From a virus (Duplodnaviria > Caudoviricetes), in IMG/VR virus record IMGVR_UViG_3300021181_000004: a stretch of DNA of 64,000 nucleotides. The stretch is one strand, 5' to 3'. The position numbers and the translations under genes are program-made. The notes under the pieces were generated by a model. The model saw nothing but the letters and a program-made list of their open reading frames with translations, did no database searches and was not told the DNA's origin. Shown one piece after another: positions 9,630 through 18,415 of the stretch (the stretch's first letter is position 1; each line of letters begins with the position of its first letter).

Positions 9630-9872
9630 AGCGGTATTTGAACGAAGAGGAGAAGAAATCAATGAGTGCGCCCTAAAACTCAAACTTGAGGGCTAGAGAT
9701 GAACAAAGTAGAACAACTGCGGGAGATCATCAAACGGATGCACAAGCGTCCCGGGATGAATACGGGGGCATATTGGCGCGGTGAGTGCGCTGACGGCTGT
9801 CATGCTTGTGAAGCCCTCGCCGTATTGGAAGAACTTTATCCGGTTGTTGTGACTCGAAAATAAGGAGCGTGT

Positions 9873-10103
9873 ATGGTTGATTTTATCGTTCAAGCATTGG
9901 CAGCCGTGTTACTGTTTTTCGGCCTCTGGTCAATGGGGAACAACCAGTTGCGTGGACCGTTTGTAACCATGGTTGCTGAAATCTTCACAACTGCTGTTGG
10001 GATTATGCATCATACTTGGAGTATCATCCTCATTGGAACTGTATTGGCTTTTGTGCAAGGGCGGAATTTCCTTAAGTGGCGTAAAGAAGGAATAGCCTGG
10101 TAA
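9873..10103 (+). CDS. Small 3-TM membrane protein, half-PnuC-like
   Basis: Three hydrophobic helices ending in GRNFLKWRK, like the PnuC repeat unit. Confidence 0.4.
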   Translation: MVDFIVQALAAVLLFFGLWSMGNNQLRGPFVTMVAEIFTTAVGIMHHTWSIILIGTVLAFVQGRNFLKWRKEGIAW

Positions 10104-10119
10104 GTCTAGGAGAATAAAC

Positions 10120-11484
10120 ATGCTGTTTGGTAAAGGTCAGTGGGCTATTCTTGGCCTTAAAGTAGATTCCTTCCCGAAATTCCAAGCTACTCTGGCTGAT
10201 CCATTGAAGACGCTGCTTGTTTCTCAATTGGTGGCAAGCATCCGTACACGCTTCAAAAATTGCTCTACAGTTGGCATCAATCCGTTTGATAAACCGCGCA
10301 TGGATGAGGTTTTGGCGGAATCCCCTAATTCTGTATCTTTGGTAGACCCCGGCGTAGAGGATATTCAGCACTATCTAGAACTTCGTGAAACCATGGGGCC
10401 GGATTACTCTGCTACGTTTGATCCTCTTTGCTACGCTAAGGCATATGGAGCGGTGGAGCCGGATTTCGTTTTGGACGCCAACCTGTTCAATACTTACGGT
10501 TTCTGGGTTGTCTTCAACGATTATGAGGATGTAAGCGATGTTGCCAGCAAAAAGGAACAACTGGCATACGAAACCCTGGGCCGTCCGTATAAATTTGCTG
10601 TTAAGGATGACAAATCTCGCATTGACTTAACTGCAAATGGATTCTCCATTCATGCTCGGAAGCAATTTCCAGTCATTGTAGATTATCAGACTGGGCGAGT
10701 CTTTATTGCTTCTTCAAACACAGAAGAGATATTGACCGTGCGTCAAATGTTGGAGAATATGGGCGCGGTTGTGAATAGCGTGTACTGGTCTTTTGGTAAA
10801 CCAGATTGGACTAGAGATTTCTTGACTAAGATCTCGGAAACAACAAAGTTTGAGGCGGAATTTCAAAAACGTACAGAAGAACGTACAAGATTTACAAAAG
10901 AACAAGTTGAGAAACTGGAAGACAAAATGATGGAGAGAATTGTTTCCACCTTCTTCTCCTTAGCAGAACTCCCTACAGGACAATGGGCCGGACTGAAAGC
11001 TCCCACCCGTCTTAAGATGATGAAGACTGCTGAACCTGTATCCTGTGCTGATCCTACCGCAGCGTTCTACATCCGTTACATGGCTAATGAATTTGAAGTT
11101 GTCTCTGCTGGCGTGGTTTTCCAAGAGTTGACTAGTCGACTCATGAAGGATAAGGAGATTCCAGTTCGGCATGACCTTTTTACTCTGACGATCGATGACA
11201 ACATCAATAATTTTGATGCCGGGGCTGCGATGTTGAAGGGGTTTGACCTGCCTAAATATAAGAACGAAATGAAGCAATTCTTAAAGCAGAAGGGGCAAGC
11301 TGCAATCAAAGATTACTGGTACAACTGGTGCTCTGGTATGCGAGGAGCTATTGCATACTTCGTTGACAATGTAGCAGAAACGCTCGATCTTAAGGCTTCG
11401 TCCAACATAAAGCCGGATGAGTATGGTTTGCTCGCAGCCAAATATGATGCAGCAGAAGTTAGCGACATCGCTGCGAATCTTTAA
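10120..11484 (+). CDS. Hypothetical protein, possible RdgC-like
   Basis: 454 aa; FPVIVDYQTGRVFIASSN..ILTVRQMLENMG recalls the RdgC core. Confidence 0.3.
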   Translation: MLFGKGQWAILGLKVDSFPKFQATLADPLKTLLVSQLVASIRTRFKNCSTVGINPFDKPRMDEVLAESPNSVSLVDPGVEDIQHYLELRETMGPDYSATFDPLCYAKAYGAVEPDFVLDANLFNTYGFWVVFNDYEDVSDVASKKEQLAYETLGRPYKFAVKDDKSRIDLTANGFSIHARKQFPVIVDYQTGRVFIASSNTEEILTVRQMLENMGAVVNSVYWSFGKPDWTRDFLTKISETTKFEAEFQKRTEERTRFTKEQVEKLEDKMMERIVSTFFSLAELPTGQWAGLKAPTRLKMMKTAEPVSCADPTAAFYIRYMANEFEVVSAGVVFQELTSRLMKDKEIPVRHDLFTLTIDDNINNFDAGAAMLKGFDLPKYKNEMKQFLKQKGQAAIKDYWYNWCSGMRGAIAYFVDNVAETLDLKASSNIKPDEYGLLAAKYDAAEVSDIAANL

Positions 11485-11492
11485 GGATATGT

Positions 11493-12017
11493 ATGTCAGA
11501 AAATAAACTATGGGAAGGCACACGTGGAGAAGGGTGCCATGGGTTTCCAAGACCGCACGCAGCACCCCCGGATTCCTTTGATCTGGATAAAAAATTTCCT
11601 CGAGTCATGATCGCCGCCATTGTTACTCGTGGTTCTGAAATCTTATTGGGACGTAGTAAGGAGGCTAAATGGGTTATCCCCGGCGGAGAAGTCAAGCCAT
11701 TTGAATCACTCCCCAACACGATTACACGAATCTTAAGAGAAGAAGCAAATGTTGATATTCGCCCCGGTTCGACACTTTTTGTTTCCGAAAATTTCAAACC
11801 AGAGATTGATCATCTGATTGCAATATATGTTGAAGCAGATTACTTGGGTGGGTACCTCAAGGCGGGCGGCAATTTCAAAGATGTTTGTTGGGTGGATGTT
11901 CGTCAACTTGGGGATATGCAGGATGCTATGAGTCAGCTTACGATTGATGCACTGCACAAATTTAGCCTCATCTTGAAAGCGCGGGCTATTCAAAAGAAAC
12001 AGAGTGTATTTCCGTGA
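11493..12017 (+). CDS. Nudix hydrolase
   Basis: WVIPGGEVKPFES...RILREEANV Nudix box variant. Confidence 0.85.
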   Translation: MSENKLWEGTRGEGCHGFPRPHAAPPDSFDLDKKFPRVMIAAIVTRGSEILLGRSKEAKWVIPGGEVKPFESLPNTITRILREEANVDIRPGSTLFVSENFKPEIDHLIAIYVEADYLGGYLKAGGNFKDVCWVDVRQLGDMQDAMSQLTIDALHKFSLILKARAIQKKQSVFP

Positions 12018-12116
12018 GTGGGCTGTTGGATTTACTGATGGCCTTTCAGATGTTGCTCAGGGAAGCCTGGCATTTTATTCGGGATGTATTTTTGGTTATC
12101 GCTGGGTTAGCGATAA

Positions 12117-12485
12117 TTGCATACTGGTGGCCTCGTAAGGGAAAATAATGCAAACGACAAAGAAACTGCAATTGACATTAGAAATAGCGGGGAAATCTCG
12201 GAAACAGAGAAATTGAGTAGTTTTATTCAGAGCGAATTGGGACGTATTTCTAAACTCCCTGGTGTTGTTACTTATGAAATCACAATAGATCATTCGTTGG
12301 GTGAACCAATACCGGGTGACCCAACGTTTGGAATGACAGAAGGTCCTGTTGATAGCTGCCTTCCTAAACTGAGTTGGTGGAAGAGAATCGCTAATATAAC
12401 CGATTTCTACCACTACGTAGTATTATACAGAAGCAGTACTTTCCGTGGGAACCACGGTTTAGCCGTCTGTCTTGGGTTGAAGTAA
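12117..12485 (+). CDS. Hypothetical protein
   Basis: ORF track only; start uncertain. Confidence 0.35.
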   Translation: MHTGGLVRENNANDKETAIDIRNSGEISETEKLSSFIQSELGRISKLPGVVTYEITIDHSLGEPIPGDPTFGMTEGPVDSCLPKLSWWKRIANITDFYHYVVLYRSSTFRGNHGLAVCLGLK

Positions 12486-12575
12486 GACCTGATTGGGGGC
12501 GGAATCCATGAAATGGAAGTTCACAGATATGAATTACCAACGCCAAACACGAATTACCACAACGACCACGCAAGT

Positions 12576-12646
12576 GGGCGTCTCTGGTTCGTGTGTAACC
12601 GTTGGCAAGTAAGACCAAGGTTAGATCGATCCGAAGACGCTCTCCA
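12576..12646 (+). ncRNA. Degenerate tRNA-like element (possible pseudo-tRNA, GUA-centred loop)
   Basis: GGGCGTCT/AGACGCTC stem + TCCA end, GGTT/AACC and TTGG/CCAA arms; no canonical T-loop or U33. Confidence 0.35.
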
Positions 12647-12681
12647 GTGATGGAGGGCATTTTTGTTTTATGGAGGAATCT

Positions 12682-12804
12682 ATGGAAACAAATTGGCATG
12701 AATGGACGAGTTGTGAATTTTACGGTCATGTTTTCCAGACCGATGAAGAAACTGGCCGCACTCATTGCACAGACTGCGGTGAAAAAACCGAAGACCACGA
12801 GTAG
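12682..12804 (+). CDS. 40-aa micro-protein, C..GH...CxxC zinc-binding type
   Basis: GGAGG RBS; METNWHEWTSCEFYGHVFQTDEETGRTHCTDCGEKTEDHE. Confidence 0.55.
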   Translation: METNWHEWTSCEFYGHVFQTDEETGRTHCTDCGEKTEDHE

Positions 12805-12871
12805 CTCAGTTGGTAGCAGCAATTGGCCGATAACCGATAGGTCGCAGGTTCGATCCCTGCCTCGTGGACCA
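12795..12871 (+). tRNA. trnI: tRNA-Ile(GAU)
   Basis: CCACGAG/CTCGTGG acceptor, ATTGG-CCGATAA-CCGAT anticodon arm, GGTTCGATCC, encoded CCA. Confidence 0.9.
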
Positions 12872-12958
12872 AAATTTTAATGGAGGCCAAATATGGCTGA
12901 AGAAAAGGAACAGCACGAGGAGTATCCGATGAACGGGCCTTGTTGCTAGAGGAATTTT

Positions 12959-13040
12959 GCTAGGATGGCTCAGCGGCGACAGCAGCAGTTTCGTACACTG
13001 CCATACAAACACAGGGGTTCGAGTCCCCTTCCTAGCTCCA
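12959..13040 (+). tRNA. trnT: tRNA-Thr(CGU) with 11-nt variable region
   Basis: GCTAGGA/TCCTAGC acceptor (G1-C72, C2-G71), GCAGT-TTCGTAC-ACTGC, TTCGAGT T-loop, U73, CCA. Confidence 0.8.
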
Positions 13041-13045
13041 AGTTT

Positions 13046-13118
13046 GCAGATGTAACACAATTGGCAGTGTACTTCCTTGGTAAGGAAGAGGTTGTGGGTT
13101 CGACTCCCATCGTCTGCT
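13046..13118 (+). tRNA. trnT: tRNA-Thr(GGU), CCA not encoded
   Basis: GCAGATG/CGTCTGC, CTTCC-TTGGTAA-GGAAG, TTCGACT T-loop. Confidence 0.9.
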
Positions 13119-13156
13119 CTTTCGTGACTTTCTTTAAGAAAGGTTCATGACGAATT

Positions 13157-13336
13157 ATGAATAACGGGTGCCCATGTAGCAGCTGTCATCCATACGGTGC
13201 AGCTTATTGTTGGTGTTTTCTCCACAGACTAGAGCACCCGTTAGTAGAGAAGATTATCAATGCGGAGAGCTGGCGTGAAACCAGCCAATTGATGAATGAA
13301 CTTTACACGACGTATTTGAGTCGTTTAGGAAGATAA
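13157..13336 (+). CDS. 59-aa Cys-rich micro-protein between tRNAs
   Basis: MNNGCPCSSCHPYGAAYCWCFLH... Confidence 0.4.
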   Translation: MNNGCPCSSCHPYGAAYCWCFLHRLEHPLVEKIINAESWRETSQLMNELYTTYLSRLGR

Positions 13337-13340
13337 GTTT

Positions 13341-13426
13341 GCTGGTATCGCATAGTGGCCGATTGCAGCAGTTTTGTAAACTGCCGGAGAAATCCCACGG
13401 GGGTCCAAATCCCTCTGCCAGCTCCA
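13341..13426 (+). tRNA. trnT: tRNA-Thr(UGU) with long variable arm
   Basis: GCTGGTA/TGCCAGC, GCAGT-TTTGTAA-ACTGC, V-arm GGA-GAAA-TCC, T-loop TCCAAAT, U73, CCA. Confidence 0.8.
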
Positions 13427-13433
13427 AAATTTT

Positions 13434-13520
13434 AGGGCGGTCGGGTAATGGCATCCCACCTGACTTTGAATCAGACGAGCCTTCGGCTCATTGTAGGTTC
13501 GAATCCTACCCGCCCTGCCA
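13434..13520 (+). tRNA. trnQ: tRNA-Gln(UUG) with long variable arm
   Basis: AGGGCGG/CCGCCCT, CTGA-CTTTGAA-TCAG, V-arm GAGCC-TTC-GGCTC, TTCGAAT, G73, CCA. Confidence 0.8.
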
Positions 13521-13581
13521 ACTCCAATAACTACGGCAAGATAGGGCGACCAGATTTGTAGCTGTTAGTGTTAGTGCATAA

Positions 13582-13611
13582 TACCCGAAATTCCCACCTC
13601 ATCCGTAGCTT
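13582..13611 (+). promoter_or_regulatory. TACCCG-N17-GTAG promoter motif
   Basis: TACCCG-N17-GTAGCTT upstream of the 13679 gene. Confidence 0.6.
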
Positions 13612-13678
13612 AACTCCAAGGACGTGTGTTCTGTAGTATCTGAATAACAGTCCTAATTCGAAGTTCAGGAGAGAAGAC

Positions 13679-14491
13679 ATGAAGTTATTTCGTTCAGTAG
13701 TACTCGCAACAATTCTGTTGGCGGCTGCATTTGTTTTGGCTCAAAAACAGACTGGAAATCAAACTCAGAACGGCAAGCAGAACTGCACAGGTATTGGCCA
13801 GTGTCAGGGTCAACAACAGAATCAAGGGCAGCAGCAGGGTCAGAATCAGACAGGCACTAACACTCAGTCTGGAGTGAACACGGGTACCAATACTCAATCA
13901 GGCACCAATACTCAATCAGGCACTAACACTCAGTCCGGTAAGATCACCAGCAACAATTCCAACACTTCTGCTGGCGGTGCAGCTACTGCTCAGAACAGTC
14001 AGACGAGTAACAGCGTCTACAATGATTCTCGTCAGACGCCGCCTACTTTCGTTACTCCTCCCTTCCCCACCGATCATTGTCAAGCAACGGGTGGCGGTGG
14101 CGGGGCAGGAGGCGCATTCAGCTTTGGCATCTCCGGCAGTCACACCAACAAGGAATGTCAGCAAGTTTCAACCGCACAAGCCTTTGCTGCTCTTGGAAAT
14201 CCTACTGCGGCGGCTAAGATTCTGTGTGCCACCAAAACTGCTAAGCAGGCCAACCTCACCTTTGAGGATTGCCTAAAGATTGCTCAGCCACAAGAACAGG
14301 TGGCACCAACCCCAGCGCCTGTAGCTGAGCCTGTAGCCCCAGCACCGATCGTCGTACCTGCTCCGCAGGTTACGATTAACATCCCTCCGCAAGTAGTGAC
14401 TGCGCTTATTCCACCGTTGACAGAAACTCCTACGGTGGTAATAAAACACAAAAAGAAATCCAGGCCTTGTGTTCAATCTTCTGAAAAATAA
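13679..14491 (+). CDS. Exported protein with signal peptide, Q/N/T/G low-complexity TNTQSG repeats and Pro-rich tail
   Basis: MKLFRSVVLATILLAAAFVLA signal; 18-bp repeat units at about 13853-13938; several Cys. Confidence 0.75.
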   Translation: MKLFRSVVLATILLAAAFVLAQKQTGNQTQNGKQNCTGIGQCQGQQQNQGQQQGQNQTGTNTQSGVNTGTNTQSGTNTQSGTNTQSGKITSNNSNTSAGGAATAQNSQTSNSVYNDSRQTPPTFVTPPFPTDHCQATGGGGGAGGAFSFGISGSHTNKECQQVSTAQAFAALGNPTAAAKILCATKTAKQANLTFEDCLKIAQPQEQVAPTPAPVAEPVAPAPIVVPAPQVTINIPPQVVTALIPPLTETPTVVIKHKKKSRPCVQSSEK

Positions 14492-14512
14492 TTGGGAGTA
14501 AAGCGAAGAGGT

Positions 14513-14544
14513 AAACGGGTCTCCAGTTAATTGGAGACCCGTTT
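14513..14544 (+). terminator. Intrinsic terminator-like hairpin
   Basis: AAACGGGTCTCCA-GTTAAT-TGGAGACCCGTTT. Confidence 0.65.
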
Positions 14545-15335
14545 TGCCAGTATTAGATTCTATGATTCAAAAAGCTACAGCCAAAGGTATGCGCCCGTAT
14601 CAAGAAGATACTTCATTCATTTGTACTCATCCTCACGGCGATCTTTTCGGTGTGTTTGACGGTCATGGTGGTCTAAATTGTTCTACATATCTTAGTGAAC
14701 ATTTTCCAGAAGCGTTCATTACACATTACGAAGAAGTCTATGGTGATGCATACGAGGATTCTGTCGATGAGAAAGAAGTTTCTTTTTACAAATTTCTATC
14801 AAAAGCTGCTATGCGCAAAGCGTTTTATCAAATGGCAGATGAAACCAAACAGATGAGAAATGGTTCAACGGCCTCTGTGATTTGGGTGTTTCGTAAATTA
14901 AATTTTGCTGTTTGTGCGGTAATTGGCGATTCTCCTATTATTGTTGGGACTGGTAAAAGGAGCTATCACTTAGGGCCGGATCACAATGCACGTTCCAACA
15001 CAAAAGAGCGGGAAGCGGCTGAGAAACGTGGGGCATTTTGGGACGGTTATTATCTGTGCCATAGTTGGCATGGGGGCGGACTTCAAATGAGCCGCGCTTT
15101 GGGGGATTGTTCTCTACCGTTTCTTAGTCGTGTACCTCAAATCTATACTCAAAAGGTGCACGATTTTGTGTTAGTTGGAACGGATGGTATTCTAGACCCA
15201 GGGCATAAGAGTCATGATATGGTGCCGGGTATGGTAAAGGCAGTTCGTGAAGGAGCTACTGCGAATCAAATCGTCGCGACAGCACTCGCAGTTCCCACCG
15301 GGGACAACGCCACTTGTCTGATTTGGAGACCATAA
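14544..15335 (+). CDS. PP2C (PPM) family Ser/Thr protein phosphatase
   Basis: RPYQED, FGVFDGHGG, GST, IGDS, SRALGD, GTDG, GDNAT motifs. Confidence 0.9.
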   Translation: MPVLDSMIQKATAKGMRPYQEDTSFICTHPHGDLFGVFDGHGGLNCSTYLSEHFPEAFITHYEEVYGDAYEDSVDEKEVSFYKFLSKAAMRKAFYQMADETKQMRNGSTASVIWVFRKLNFAVCAVIGDSPIIVGTGKRSYHLGPDHNARSNTKEREAAEKRGAFWDGYYLCHSWHGGGLQMSRALGDCSLPFLSRVPQIYTQKVHDFVLVGTDGILDPGHKSHDMVPGMVKAVREGATANQIVATALAVPTGDNATCLIWRP

Positions 15336-17255
15336 TTGCAGCTCAACGAGGAACAGCTTCTAGCTGTAGAACATTCCATTGGGAGCCCGGCAGTATTGGT
15401 AGCGGGTGCAGGTAGTGGTAAAACAAGAGTTCTTACTGAACGTGTTCGTTGGTTGATGAAGCAAGGCATTGCCCCTCGCCGGATTTGCGTTCTAACTTTT
15501 ACTAACAAAGCTGCGGGGGAATTAGTCAATCGTTTGGGTCTTGGGCCAGAAGTTCCTCGTGATCAGGTTCCCCGCGTTAGCACAATTCACTCTCTTGCTC
15601 TTAGTGCCATTCGTCGCAATCCTCAAGGTTTTGGCCTTTTGTCTCGTGTTTCCCCACTTGATGAAGGTGATGCGGGCAGTATGATTAAGAAAATCATCGA
15701 TCGCTTAGAATTAGATGAAAATCAGTGGGCAATGTTGGAAGTGATAAGTTACCACCGTGCTCGTGGTCTTTGCTTTTCTAGTGACTATACAGATGAAATC
15801 CATAAAATCTCGGAAAAGGCGCACGGCGGTTATCATGCTATGGATGCTGGACGGCTTGCTATCTGGAAGGCATACGAGGCGGAGAAGAAAGCCAATTCCG
15901 TAGTTGACTTCGATGATATGGTACATCTAGTCGTTCATCGCGGTAAAATGGATAGCACCTGGCGCGGGAAACTTGAAAAGACCTTCGAGTTTTTATTGAT
16001 GGATGAAGCACAGGATACCAACCCGATTCAATGGGCGTTTGTCAATTTATTAGTTGCACCAGACAATCCAAATCTATATGTTGTCGGTGACATGAATCAG
16101 AGCATCTACGGCTTTAATGGGGCTACCCCGGAACTCCTTAAAGAATACAGTGAGGGTTGGCGCGGTGTTGTTCCTAAACTTTACAAGATTCAACGCAATC
16201 ATCGTTCTGTCCCCGAAATTGTTAATCTCGCGAATGCTACCTGCGCTAAAATGACCAATTCGATTCCACTGAAAATGGAATCCTGGCGAGGGATCAATAA
16301 TGAACATGGTACCACCAAATTGATGAAAGCGTGCGAACCACGCGACATTGCTGTTCAGATAGCAACAGAAATTTACCATGATGCCAACCTTAAAAAGAAT
16401 CCCATAGTCTATCGTGACAACGCTGTGTTAGTCCGTAGCGGTAAGACTCAAGTCCGGGATATAGAAGCTGAGTTGGTAAAGCGGCGCATCCCTTATGTGG
16501 TGCGCGGCGGCCTGTCCCTCCTTCAGACGGAAGAGGTTCGCGATTTGATGGCGTATATGAGGCTCATTGCAAACCCAAACGATTTCATGGCGCTCGTACG
16601 GGCTTCAGGTATTCCAAAGCGTGGCGTGGGGCCGAAGGCGCTAGAGGATATTCGTGATCGAGCCAAGCTACAGCACAGCAATGACTTGGTTGCTGCCAGC
16701 GCCAGCGACAAGAAATTGGGCGGTTTCGCTGCCATGATAAAGAGTCTTGGAGATTACCGAGATGATCCTTTCAAGGCGCTTCAAGAACTCATTCGTCTTC
16801 TTAATTATGGTCAGATCATTCAGGATAAGTACAAGCGTGAACCGGAGCGAGTACAGCAGAAATTGGAGAATATCAATCGTTTACAGATGATGTTTCAAAT
16901 TCTCCTTGAGGAGAATGAAATGACCATCGAGGATCTGGTGTTCCAGTTGAGTATGAATAAACAATCTGAGCAATCAAATAAAGACGAAGGGAAGGTTGTC
17001 ATTAGTACGATCCATTCTGCTAAAGGATTGGAATTTCGGCGCGTATACGTGACCAATTGTTACGAAGGCTCCCTTCCTCATAAATTTTCAATGGGATCCC
17101 CATCGGAAATTGAGGAGGAAAGGCGGCTTTTTTATGTGGCATGTACTAGGGCCAAGGACAACCTTACACTCTGCCTCCCAGCAATGATTCAACACGGTCC
17201 AAATACTACTGCTTTAACTCCCAGCAGATTTCTATACGAAATTGGCGTTCACTGA
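15336..17255 (+). CDS. uvrD: UvrD/PcrA/Rep SF1 helicase
   Basis: AGAGSGKT, LMDEAQD, VGDMNQSIYGF, NHRS, STIHSAKGLEF, EERRLFYVACTRAK. Confidence 0.95.
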   Translation: MQLNEEQLLAVEHSIGSPAVLVAGAGSGKTRVLTERVRWLMKQGIAPRRICVLTFTNKAAGELVNRLGLGPEVPRDQVPRVSTIHSLALSAIRRNPQGFGLLSRVSPLDEGDAGSMIKKIIDRLELDENQWAMLEVISYHRARGLCFSSDYTDEIHKISEKAHGGYHAMDAGRLAIWKAYEAEKKANSVVDFDDMVHLVVHRGKMDSTWRGKLEKTFEFLLMDEAQDTNPIQWAFVNLLVAPDNPNLYVVGDMNQSIYGFNGATPELLKEYSEGWRGVVPKLYKIQRNHRSVPEIVNLANATCAKMTNSIPLKMESWRGINNEHGTTKLMKACEPRDIAVQIATEIYHDANLKKNPIVYRDNAVLVRSGKTQVRDIEAELVKRRIPYVVRGGLSLLQTEEVRDLMAYMRLIANPNDFMALVRASGIPKRGVGPKALEDIRDRAKLQHSNDLVAASASDKKLGGFAAMIKSLGDYRDDPFKALQELIRLLNYGQIIQDKYKREPERVQQKLENINRLQMMFQILLEENEMTIEDLVFQLSMNKQSEQSNKDEGKVVISTIHSAKGLEFRRVYVTNCYEGSLPHKFSMGSPSEIEEERRLFYVACTRAKDNLTLCLPAMIQHGPNTTALTPSRFLYEIGVH

Positions 17256-17262
17256 GTAGTAT
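17233..17262 (+). promoter_or_regulatory. TACCCG-N17-GTAGWAT class promoter
   Basis: TATACG-N17-GTAGTAT upstream of the NAD operon. Confidence 0.5.
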
Positions 17263-17284
17263 ACAACAGGAAAAGGAGAAACCG

Positions 17285-17443
17285 ATGCTCACCGAACCCG
17301 GACTCAACACGCTTCAGAGTAGGGAACTTGCCGACCGAATTGAAGAGGCAGTTGGGCCACTCCGCGAACGTATCCAAGAACTTGAGAGCAAAGTAGAACG
17401 TTTAGAACAACAAATTCCCTCATCAGAAAGTTGGAGGTTTTAG
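17285..17443 (+). CDS. Small coiled-coil protein (52 aa)
   Basis: AAGGAG RBS; heptads LRERIQELESKVERLEQ. Confidence 0.6.
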   Translation: MLTEPGLNTLQSRELADRIEEAVGPLRERIQELESKVERLEQQIPSSESWRF

Positions 17444-18415
17444 TTGAATAAGCCATCTTGGGGCGTAATCGTTGGCCGTTTTCAAGTGCACGAACTCCAT
17501 GAAGGTCACATGGACTTATTCCGCGCCGTCATGGGACGCCATAATCGTGTAATTGTTTTTGTGGGTAAGTCTCCGAATGGAATGACCAAACGTAACCCGC
17601 TAGATTTCGTTACTCGCAAGGCGATGATTCAAGCAAAGTTCCCTAATTTTACAGTTCTTCCTTTGATTGATTGTATGACAGACGAGGCGTGGTCTGATTC
17701 TCTGGACGCCAAAATCCGAGAGGTTGTTGACTATGGCGACGTTACTCTGTATGGGGGCCGTGACAGTTTCGTGCCTCATTACCACGGTGCCTATCCTCCT
17801 GTTGAACTCGCTTTGCCTACCACGGAGCACATCAAAGGCGAAGACATTCGGGCAAAGTTGACAAATACGATCATCGAGTCCGCTGATTTTCGCGCTGGCG
17901 CTATTTACTCCGCGATGAATCAGTGGCCCAAAGCCATTACTTGCGTGGATGTAGTCATGTATCACTACTCTTGGTCAGATGTGAATAAAAACAATGACGA
18001 CATGGAGTTCCTTCTCTGCAAGAAATACGGTGAGCCTGGTTGGCGTTTCGTGGGTGGCCACACTAAACCGATAACTGAGACTTTTGAACAGGATGCCAAA
18101 GATGAAGCTAGGGAAGAAGTGGGCCAATATCTAACCAAAATGGAGTATATTGGCAGCTGTTATGTTCCCGACTGGCGCTGGGCGGCTGAGCAGGATAAAG
18201 TCAAGACGCTCGTGTTCGCCTCCGAGACTATGACTCTATCCGCTGCAGCAAAGGACGACATTTCTGAAGCGAAATGGTTTTCTATTCGTGAACTGAAAGA
18301 GGGGCTCCTCAACCCGGTTCATCACCCGATATTAAAGCTCGTACAAGAAGGATTCAGAAAGGAATTCAAACTATATGCCGCGCCCATTTCAACCGCGTCC
18401 GTTGCACAAGACTGA
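17444..18415 (+). CDS. nadM: Bifunctional NMN adenylyltransferase / ADP-ribose Nudix hydrolase
   Basis: IVGRFQVHELHEGH, RNPLDF, YGGRDSF, C-terminal Nudix GG...EAREEVG. Confidence 0.9.
   Translation: MNKPSWGVIVGRFQVHELHEGHMDLFRAVMGRHNRVIVFVGKSPNGMTKRNPLDFVTRKAMIQAKFPNFTVLPLIDCMTDEAWSDSLDAKIREVVDYGDVTLYGGRDSFVPHYHGAYPPVELALPTTEHIKGEDIRAKLTNTIIESADFRAGAIYSAMNQWPKAITCVDVVMYHYSWSDVNKNNDDMEFLLCKKYGEPGWRFVGGHTKPITETFEQDAKDEAREEVGQYLTKMEYIGSCYVPDWRWAAEQDKVKTLVFASETMTLSAAAKDDISEAKWFSIRELKEGLLNPVHHPILKLVQEGFRKEFKLYAAPISTASVAQD

Noticed and set aside
13531-13610. CTACGG...CCGTAG ends after tRNA-Gln as a sixth tRNA or ribozyme
   Set aside because: No D, anticodon or T arms; the CCGTAG half is explained by the promoter motif.
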